This document shows positions 11,331 through 21,390 of a stretch of 64,000 bases of DNA, one piece after another. Numbering within the stretch: position 1 is the stretch's first letter; each line of letters opens with the position of its first letter. Both the position numbers and the translations under genes were made by a program. Below the pieces are notes generated by a model. The model saw only the letters and a program-made list of their open reading frames with translations. It did not search any database and had not been told where the DNA came from. Source of the DNA: Camelus ferus (Eukaryota); NCBI RefSeq assembly GCF_009834535.1, contig NC_045697.1:91824001-91888000 (forward strand). The letters run 5' to 3'.

Positions 11331-13319
11331 TTTTATAATCTTTGCCCCATGGAACAAGTATTTATTTGTCTATTTCTGATTTTTAATTAGTTTTTATTTA
11401 TTTAATTATTTTAAGAGTATGTTTTATATAAGTATGCAATTTTTTATTTATTTTATTCCTTAAACTAGGTTACCCAGTCTTGGGGTACAGAAACCACCCA
11501 GTTTCTACTCTCAAATAACTGGCATCAGCTCACACGTGGTGGCAGCAAAACCTGAAAGATGAAGAGAAACTCTTGACTGGCTTCTTAAAAGCCTAGTTAT
11601 GAAGTAGCTCCAGCCTCAAATATAGGGGAGTAAGAATGTCACCGCAGGTCACCACAGAGGCCCTGTCCCAATTACCCATGAAACTGAAGAGCAGGAAGCC
11701 TTTGAGATTCCCTTCAAATGGGAGCAGTGCCTTGTTCTGCTGGAGAATGCATCCACGTGGCTGGAAAAACTGCCTCAGAGTTTGCCTTGAGTAAGTCCAG
11801 TAATTGTACTCTTTGTACAATTGTACGATTCTCCCAAAGGCATAGTGATCCTCTGAGCGAGACCACTGGGGTCCTTGGAGAGTTCTTAGAACATTTCAGA
11901 ATTTTCTACTGAATTTGTGTTATATAGTCTTGGCCCACTTTAGAAAATAATACAGTATATTTTTGCCTCTAAATACGTTTGATTTTCATTACATTTTCTC
12001 AGCCTGGATCCTGGAGCTAGGTGACAATTTACCTCAGCAAGAGTCCACTATTTCCTTTTATGCATTGCTTCTTTGGAAAGAGGTAAAATCACTTTGCTGA
12101 CAAAGTGATTTCTAAAACTTGTCTAAACGGCATTCACTGATGCAACCAGGCTATTCTCATCTCTAAAAACCTTCCCAAATTTTGCTCTTAGTATTAAACT
12201 ATTTCTTTCCTTTATAACCCTCATCTAGTCTGCATGGTTTGCATTGTCTGCATTATATCTCCGGATGATCCGCTTGTTCTTTCAAGAAACAAACCTCTTC
12301 TTTTCGTTCCCTTTGTCTGATTCCTTACATTTGCACTCAGTGTCTTCTTTGCTCTTTATTTATCTAACATGAGTGATTTCTCCCTCTTTATAGGCACAAA
12401 CCGTCTTCCAAGAAGTCTAGCTTCATTAGTTAAAGCAAATGAAGATCCCTCATTCAATCAACTATGGCTCACCACCCTGATCAATTTCTCAGTATGACCC
12501 TACTTAGCTCCAGGAAACATTTTCACTCAGGTTTCTTAGATTTTTTTTTTTTAATCTAGGGAGGAAAAAAAGTAAAAAGTTCTCAGTTTTAAGTATAAGC
12601 TCAGAACTGTGAGTAGAATGGTGGAAGGGAAAGGTAGGACAAAAGATTATTACACATCTTATGCTGACCAGTCAAGCACACACAGGGAAATCAGACAAAT
12701 GATCCTATAACCCATTGTTCACTGGGGTCGGGGAAGTGCGGTTTACGTGGGAATTCCAGAATGACCCTTCCGTTCTTTAGAATCCTCCCTGGTTCCTTAG
12801 AGTCTAAGAGTCTTTCAATCTCAGGGCCAAGGGCTCCCCATGTGGCTTTTCAGGGTGGGCTGGAAACCCATTTAGTTCCTGTAACCACTCTCCTCTGTTG
12901 TTCCAGTCTTCTTGTGGTATTGGTTGTCTATGACTCAAAGTTACCTGATTTACCCACAAATGAGCTTAGGGGCACTGGGGAACAAGCTTAGATTACAATG
13001 ATTGAATGTCTGCAAGACAGTCAGAACACACATACTGCAACATTGCCTACTTCCCAGCAGATCCCCAGGTATGAATCAAGTAATGGCTCTGTCTCTTTCT
13101 TGTTATTATGAATTGGCGAGTTCTGCCACCTTAACTTTGATTTTGATATGTGCCCAGCTTCACAAATGGAGAAGGGAGGGGAAAAAATTTATTTATAACG
13201 CTTTTCTCCTGTAGAGGTATCTTTTGAACCCTTGAAAGTGGGACTGGCCATTTTCATGTTAATGGGTAGAAAAGCCTGCTGAATTGAGTTTTTATGGATA
13301 GATTTAAGGAGTATATAAT

Positions 13320-13800
13320 ATCACTTTCTTGCTCAAAATCTCATGGCTTCCTGTCACACTGTGAATCCAGTCTTTACCACACTACACCACCAAACACAGT
13401 CATATCCCTGACTTCTCCAATCTCATTTCTTATCACGCTTCCTTGGACATTCTTCTAAGGCTCTGTTAGTCCCATTGCTGTTCCCTGAGTGCTTGGAATG
13501 TGATTCTGTCTCAGAGTCTCTGCACTTGTTATTCCCTCTTCTTGGAACACTTCTCTTCCAAATGTTTATTACCTCATGTCTCTTACCAACTGTCACCTCC
13601 TAGAAGAGGCTTTCCTGATCACTTTATTTAAAATAGCATGCTCACATAGCTTTTGTTTCCTCATAGTCCTTATCATTCATTAGCTGAGGTTATATGATAT
13701 AAACCATCAGTCCAGGGACCTTATTCTATTCACACTGCCACATTCCTCAACATCTACAGCAATGCCTGGCTCATAGGAGCCAGTCAGTAAGTATTAACTA
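13320..13800 (+). mobile_element. L2 fragment
   Basis: cttgctcaaaatctcatggcttcc...tgcacttgttattccctcttcttggaacac...caatgcctggctcatagg. Confidence 0.8.
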
Positions 13801-15369
13801 ATTTATGTTTAATATAGTCACTATATTAATTACTACTGTGACTCATAAATGGGCTATGGTTGCAGCTGGTACTGCCTTAGAAATGCCACCCCTTGGTCCT
13901 GAGAGTGATGATGGAATGATGACTTGGATACCTATGGTGGATATAAAGAGCAGATTTCACTATAGCATGGTTTTTACAATCCAAAACTGTAGAGAATATT
14001 AAGGCAAAATATGACATGTGGGCTTAATTCATTCAGGAAAAACCATCAAGGAGATGCATCTTTAGTCAACTATGACCTGTCATCCATTGAAATAAGTTTG
14101 CATTGATGTATTGTCTTTAACAACAAAGTCATCTGAAATGTGGGTGGCATACCTCAGTGACAGATTTCTTTACCTTCTCCGATCAGGAATGAATAATTAC
14201 TAAGATGAGTAATTTTCCATCCTACTATGATGTTATAGGGGAAAAAATGACTTACTTCTGTTTGTGGGCTCTTTGCCTTTATCCATTCAGACCAAGAGAC
14301 AGGTTTAAGAGTCATTTACCATGGAAGGTGTCCCAATTTTTTATTGAGAATCAGAAAGTTTAAGATTAATACATATTATATTCAAATGGATCCACAACCA
14401 GAGGAACTTGGTAACATTTATTTAAAAATCAACAGAGACTACTGTAATAGCAAATAAGCTTAGAAAGCTGGCCCATAGGTTTTCTAGTCCATGCATTCAA
14501 TGACCCCTTTCTTCATGTTTGGATGGGAGGTCTAGATGCCCATTAACATCTACTTTGAGGTAAAGGAAAAAGAAGGCAGGCAGGGATGGCTGCTGTCAAC
14601 ATAATAGTCTCAAACAGAAAAAATGTTCTCACATCCAGCTAAAGTCCTAGGAATTGCAGACTGGAAATTACTTAGTCAAAATTGAGCTCTTTTTGACATA
14701 GTTTGAGCTGCTGTACCATACATAGTGCCCGTCTGGCACCACAGCCATGCTCATGCAGTGGTAGCAGGTAGAACAGGAGAAGCTGTCCTGCACCACAGAG
14801 TGTCTCATGGATTTAAACACATAAAAGTTTCTTTTGAGATTCTGAAACAAATTTAATTTGGTTAAATACAAGCTGCAAATGGTATAACTGATTTAAAAAG
14901 AAATATTATAACTTGTATCCTTTTCAATGGTAAGAAATTTTTACTTTGACCATGAACTCCATCTCAATAACAACATTAAACTGTCACGAGTAAATTTCAA
15001 TTAGATCCCAATTTTGAGTAATAAACATGGCTTTTTATATATTTGAGGAAAAAACCCTTTATTTCTGTGAATTACCATCTGCACCGCATCCCAGCAGGTC
15101 CAACATTGTTTTGGTCTTTTCTTTCAGTTGCAGCTGTACTCCATATCCTTAAGGTTGGGAACATAAAGCCTGCAATCAGCTCATTAGTGGATTTGGTCAT
15201 TATGCTCAAATTATACATTAATTTTACATGAATTACTTGAAGCTAAGTAACAAAAAAACCACCTCAATATCTGCTGCCTTAAAGGTTATTGAATTCAATC
15301 GTATTGAGATAATAGTTTTAAATTAACATTTATATTGAACTTTACAGATATGCAGTTCTTAAATTACTG

Positions 15370-15850
15370 AAACTGGTTATTCACATCATAGAAATGGCAT
15401 CCCAACTAGATCTTCTTGCCTCCAGCCTTTCTTTCCTCTCTCTCCATTCATTAGCTTGTCTTTAAAATTGTTCCTCTAAGTCACAGTTGGGTGTATGTCT
15501 TCTTGCTTGGAAACCTGAGATGACAGCTTCCAAATTACAGAATTAAGTTGAAATCCCTTTGCTCAGTGTTCAAGGCTATTTATAATCTTAAATCAACGTA
15601 TCTGTTTTGACTTCACCCCCTGCATGCACTCGGCTTCTCCTACATCTACCTTCCGCACTCTGAACTTAACTAATAAACAATAACTTTCTAGTCATGTACA
15701 CACACACTGTCATGTCTCTGGAATTGTGTTCATGCTTTTTGCTCTGTCTTAAATGAGCTTCCTCCTCTTCATTTGGTTAAACCCAACTCAACCAAATACA
15801 TCAATCACCTCCTTTGTGCAGCTTAGTCCAAACTTCTACTCTTTTCCTTA
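15370..15850 (+). mobile_element. L2 fragment
   Basis: Degenerate L2 3' region (gttgaaatccctttgctcagtgttcaaggc; catgctttttgctctgtc). Confidence 0.55.
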
Positions 15851-16249
15851 CCTCAGAAAGAAATTATGATGGTCTTCTGCCAGTTTCAGCATAAAGACAG
15901 GTTGTTACTGAAAAGGAATAATATAGTAAATTACCAGTTAAGCTATTAAATATCTTAGGGGATTCTATTTATTTTAGACTGAAAAGATGTCATCAAAGGC
16001 TTATGTGTAAAACCTATGCTCTTTTATTCATGTTAATAGAACATGTCCCATAGGATTGTTCATGTTGGCTGGGCTGTTGACCCTGTGAATCACATAAACT
16101 GCAATGCCTACCCGTTCATAAAGAGGTCATTCACATAGAGTACTGAGAGCCTGTTGCTAGGATGGGTCTGGTTGGCCTCATTTCCTTAGAAAAGGACTTA
16201 GCTGTCGCCCTGATCTCACAGAACCATTCTCATCTACCCCTTTGCCAGT

Positions 16250-16850
16250 GCAGAGGAAATTAAGTGTGATATGTGCTATGATGGAGGAAGCAACAAGATA
16301 CAGTGGGATGGTTTTAAGGGGTTAGGGAGAGCTTCCAGAAGGAAGGATCATTAACTTGAGACTTGAAGTAGGAGTCAGTTTAACAGTAAGTAAAAATGTT
16401 GGGTAAAAGGAAGGAGTGACTCTCAGTGAGAAGCAGGAGAGCTGGAGGTAAAGGACACCACAGAGGCACAAGTAATTCAGTGTGGCCGGCGCAGTGAGCG
16501 TAGGGGTGCGTGTGTGACTGTGGCTTCTCCTGGGGAGAGAACACGGCAACAGAAGAGACCAAATGTTCTAAGGAAGTTCAGTTCAATAGTCACATACTTT
16601 TTCTAAAAGTAGGTTTTAAACATCAGTGTTTTCCTTACCTGTGCTAAATAACATTTAACGAGTGCCTACTACGTGCACGGCTCTGTGTTAAGTGCTGTGA
16701 GGAACAGAAAGAATTTTGTGATCTTATAATAGTATAAGAGAGATAAAACCCACATGCAAATAATTATCATACAAGGTAGAAAGTCGTTAAGTACCCTATG
16801 AGGAATAAAAATAAAATGCTAAGTGAGTTCAGAGGAGAGAGAATTCACAC
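16250..16850 (-). mobile_element. L2 fragments
   Basis: agcttccagaaggaaggatcattaacttgagacttgaag and acatttaacgagtgcctactacgtgcacggctctgtgttaagtgctg. Confidence 0.65.
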
Positions 16851-17439
16851 ATTTATGTGTGGCTGACCTATTTCTACTAACACTGTGATAATCTTAGCTA
16901 TGTGGCTCATTGCGACCATGGTGATGTTAATTTTGCAACTACTTTGACCTTCTGTAGGGGACAGTCTTTATAAAAACACCCTATTTATAATACAAACTTG
17001 GTCCAACCACTGCGTGTCTGCAGGCTAATGATATGGTATCAAAGCTGGAGAGTTAAAGAGTGGGTTTAAGCTCTAGATGAGAGGAAGTAACAGAAATGGA
17101 GGCTTAATATTAATCAAATGTGGGGGCTGTAACTGTTAAGTGTGAGCCAGTGTGGAGTTTTAATTACTGGCAAAGGGCAAAGGGAAGAGTTGAGAAAATT
17201 GGAAAGCATAAGTAGTGTACAAATGATAGCCTTTTTGTCTGGGTATGTTTGATGATACTCTACCCACGGAGGAAGTAAGTTTACTATGTGAAGAGACATC
17301 CTTCTCTTCACTGTAAGACACCTTCTATGCACCCACTTTGTGCGGACACCACCAAACTAGAGGGTCTGTGCCCCATCAACAGACCCATGTGCATAGCTGG
17401 GGGTGGTCAGCTTCCGCCTTCCCAGGCACGTGCACAGTC

Positions 17440-17570
17440 AGCTCTACTGGTTGGTGAGCCCAAATTTGCCAGGCCTAGTAAATGGATGTCACAATGCACC
17501 AGATCAAAAGATTGGCATTAGTTCTCAGCTCTGAGGCCAGTTTTGTGTGTACTGAACTGGGATCATTTCT
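17440..17570 (+). mobile_element. Possible AmnSINE1 (Deu-domain SINE) remnant
   Basis: Collinear blocks gttggtg, cctagt, attggca, tctcagc, gaggcca, actgaact match the AmnSINE1 core as recalled from memory. Confidence 0.4.
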
Positions 17571-17769
17571 TCTAAATCCTGCTGAACTTGCCTGGCCTCT
17601 AAAATTAAATTTAATATCCTTCCATCCTTAGGCAGATTGTGCTATCTTGTCAGCAGAAATAATTATTACTTTCCACTCCCTGGAAATAATAGTGATCAGA
17701 GCCAATGTCTTGTACTTAAATTGGAGCTCTCAACAAACATTTATAAAAGGCAAACAAAGCAAATGCAAC

Positions 17770-17950
17770 ACAGTGTAAGAGCTCCAGACTTAGAACTGGA
17801 ATCCCCATTCAGTTGCTTGGTAATCATGTTACTAGGGCAGACCAGTGTATCTCTTTGGGTCTCTATTTAATCATCTGCCAAATGGATTGTTCTGGGATTA
17901 AATGTAATATATACATAAGGCTTAAAATGCTGCACAGGGTAGGGTATTAT
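17770..17950 (+). mobile_element. MIR
   Basis: Degenerate MIR core: tcatctgccaaaatggattgttctgggattaaatgtaatatatacataagg. Confidence 0.65.
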
Positions 17951-18308
17951 TTATTGAAGACCAATGGTTCTTGTTATTGAGAAATGCTTTTGCTTTTTCC
18001 CCAGTTTTATGCACATAGATATTATTATAGCTGTTCAGTCTATAGATCAAAGTAAAGACTCCATTCTTCCAGGCATGCAGTTGGAGACATTTCTGTAGAG
18101 TGTAGATCTACCTTTTCAAGGGTACATGCTTGCAAGATCATTAAGGAAGTGGTCATCTTGTTAAATTCAGTCAGCTGAAAATGAACCTTTTATTCCTTTT
18201 CTAAATGGTATATTATTCCATCAAATCCATTTTCATACATTTCACGTAGAACATGAACATTTAAGTGAAAGAACATTTCAGAAAATAGAAAAAAGGACAG
18301 GATAGTAA

Positions 18309-18870
18309 TTACAACCAAACTTTCCTTGTGCTGACAACAGCCAACTCATTTATTAAGTCAATGTAGTCAAGTAACACAGCAACATCACACTTGATTGAAA
18401 TCTTGGCCAAGTCTGACAGATGTTCTCTACTCATTGTCAATCTCAAGTATGCTTTAATGAGTTTCAAGTGGCTGGAGCTCCCTCTGCAGATGCCACTGTT
18501 GCAGAGATTGTGAACAGATTCTTCAGGGCAATGGGTTTTGTGTTTAGTAAGTGGTGCATGGTAGGTAACGGGTAGAAATCATTGCTGGAAATGCAGTCAC
18601 AACTCTGGAAACAGCAGCTCTCAGTCTGCAATTGATGAGCTTCCTTCAAATCAGTTAAATTCAGAATAGTGCCCCAAAGCTATATTGTGTGTGTATAACA
18701 TCTCTGCTCTAAAAAGTTGATAAGAGTATTTCAAAACCTCCATCTCTTTGGAGATTTAAGAAGATTCCCACTTTAGGAGACTCATTAAAGCCATAGAAAC
18801 ATTAAAAATTTGCTCTGGTATTTTTCTTTACCATTGTTCCTCAATGAAATTGCAATCTGAAGATGAGAGA
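18309..18870 (-). mobile_element. hAT (Tip100/ZMYM1-like) transposase C-terminal fossil
   Basis: IALKNLFTISATVASAE, then one frameshift, then SSSHLKLIKAYLRLTMSREHLSDLAKISIKCDVAVLLDYIDLINELAVVSTRKVWL* matches the hAT dimerisation domain. Stop at 18309-18311. Confidence 0.85.
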
Positions 18871-21129
18871 GAGAAGTAATGCTTACAAAGTAATTCCTAT
18901 TTACTTGTACATATTTCTAGTAGGTTCAGTATAAGGTTTTAGTGGCTTTTTAAAAAAAAAAAAGTTTTCAGAGATATAGTTTGATATTTCTACTTGTTTA
19001 TAGATCTGCTCATTTCACTTCAAAAATTATTACCTGTGCAGAGAAAGTCCATGAGAATAATACTTTCTTTGGTCAATCTCTATCTCAAACAAATAGTTTA
19101 CATATTTTGTATACTGTGCCATAAAAATGAATATAGCTTAACTGCTGTGGTGTATTAGTTTTTCCCAGATGAGGATAAATCTACTTCCTATTACTAGTCT
19201 CTCTGATTTAAATGTAATAGTTCATTCTTTTTTTCCCTCATTCTTCTTTATACATGAGATATAAACCTTTTAATGATCTAAAGTGTCTTTACATAGTGGT
19301 CTGAACAATTCTTAAGAAATTTATTTGGTCTTATGATGCAGCAATTGTATAAGAGCAGAGAAACTTGAGAGAGGTGTAAACCTCACTGTAAGTCAGAGGA
19401 GATGTTTTGAAGTCCTAATTTCGTTTATCCAACACACTGTCTAAAGCAAATGAAATTTGCAAATATTACAGGAGTGCTCTGTCAGACTTTTGCTATTTAC
19501 CGCTTTTCATGTTTCATGCTTGATTTAAAACCCAAAGCCTGTCAGAAAGCCAGATGGCAAGTAAGGACATTTAGCTACTGCAAGGTAGGAAAGGATTTCC
19601 TTGTTTCTGAAAAGGTGTAGGGTGAGTAGAACACCACTGCCCTGAGTGTCTTCTGAGGAGTGATGACAGAGTCTCTGTAAGAAGATGGTTTCTTAAAAAG
19701 TATTTCTTTATTATTATCTGCTAGGTTTCTATAGCTCCATCCCTGCCAGTTTCCAGAGCCTGGCTGCTGCATACAGCAATTAGTTTGTGCCAGGGAGCAA
19801 ATGAGTAGCAAGAGAAATCTCTGGGTTGAAATGCAGTGTGTGACAAACACAGTGGAATCTGAAAGAGCCGCTTGTTAGTTAGAAATTAGTCATGGGCTGG
19901 CCCCAGGGTGTAGGAGTAGTAAATTTAGATTATTCTTTCTCATCTTTCTTTGGGGCAGCCTTGCCCTTCTCTCAGGCATGGTATGCCCTCTGGGGAGTTG
20001 TTAATGGCACTGCCAAAAGAATACAAAGTTTAAATGGAACACCAACTGAGCAGAAATTCTTTGTGGCTTCGAAAGGCAATCAATAAGGTGGGTATGGAGG
20101 CTGGGAGGGGACCTTTCTTCTCTCCCAAAGAGAAGAGCAGTAAGGGGTGAGGTCCCTCATTGTAATCTGACTACCGAGTGCAAAGATGGTGGGTTGATTG
20201 AAGGTGTGTAAATAGACCACAGAATCTGTTAATTTAGGAGTGCCTATTTGTACATGCTCATTCGAATGTAAAGCTGAAAGGTGGCTTAGATCAACTGTAA
20301 TATTTAAAGTTATTGTTTACCAAAGCAGCATTCCAGTGCCCTTGGCATTCTTATAAATTGTGGGCAGGATGCATGGGCTGAAAAATTCGGCCTCTGAAAA
20401 AGTGCAGCTTTGAAGCTGTAAAAAGCCACTAACTGCCTTAGCTGATTACATAGCAGGCTTTTTAGACGGCCGATCTCCCGGCAGGAATCCCAGCCACACG
20501 TTTTCCTATTTATTTTTGCTGAAACTCTACCATGGATTTTAAGTTAAAAGAAAAAGTAAACATGCAAGCATTTGTTTAAGAAGAACATGGAACCTCTCTG
20601 ATATGCTATGTGAACTGAGAAAAACCGGTGTGGTGGTGTGTTATTGTATGCACCAGCTGTAACCACTTCAGCTGGAGAGCACTTTATATTCTTCTTTAAG
20701 GCAGTAATTGGTAAGTATATTTTCTGCCTGTAATCAATAGCTTTTATACTCAACGTAATATTTCTAAACAAAAAGAAATAATACGTTGAGTATAAAAGCC
20801 ATTGATCGCAGGGAGCAAACGTCTTTTCCACATGCCACTCCACGTGACTGAATATACCAAACTTCTGTAATGCTACCAGTGTGACAAACGCTACTGTCAT
20901 TAATTGGTTTGTCCATTTTTGCCAACCAAGAAAGAAAAGAAATCTCACTACCAAATTTGCATTGAAACTTGCCAACCCTTTTAAGCCAGGACCCAAAAAG
21001 GGTCCTCCTGTCCAGTGTCCTTCAAGCCAAAAGAATGAGACTGAGTTCACTTCAGAAGCAAAGGAAAGGTTTATTCTTTGATCAAGGAATGGAGAGGTTC
21101 CAGCTTGAACCCTAGAGCACACACTCCCC

Positions 21130-21390
21130 ATGAAAGGCCGTGGGCGGGGCTGGCTTCTCGGGAGCAGGGAGGGGGCGGAGCTCTCGCCTGCCCCGCGCAG
21201 CTGCACTGCCCTGGCTGGAGGTCCTGTGCCCGCGCAGCGACGCTGCGCGGGGCGCTGCCGCCGCCATCTTGAGGTGCCTCGTCCCGCTCTGCGCTTCCGC
21301 GCGCGGTCACCAGGCTGAAGCGTCGGCGCCCGCGTTTGCACTAGGAACTTTGGTGCGAAGAGCTGGAGGCAGGGCCTCTGTACGTGGCAC
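21130..21390. promoter_or_regulatory. Small CpG island / promoter-like element with Sp1, YY1 and ETS motifs
   Basis: Dense CpG/GC in an AT-rich window. GC boxes 21142-21149 and 21171-21180, YY1 motif GCCGCCATCTT 21260-21270, CTTCCG ~21294-21299. E-box CACGTGAC upstream at 20841-20848. Confidence 0.8.

Noticed and set aside
20544..21341. CpG-rich segment as a processed pseudogene
   Set aside because: No recognisable parent protein, polyA tail or TSD; a promoter-like island fits better.
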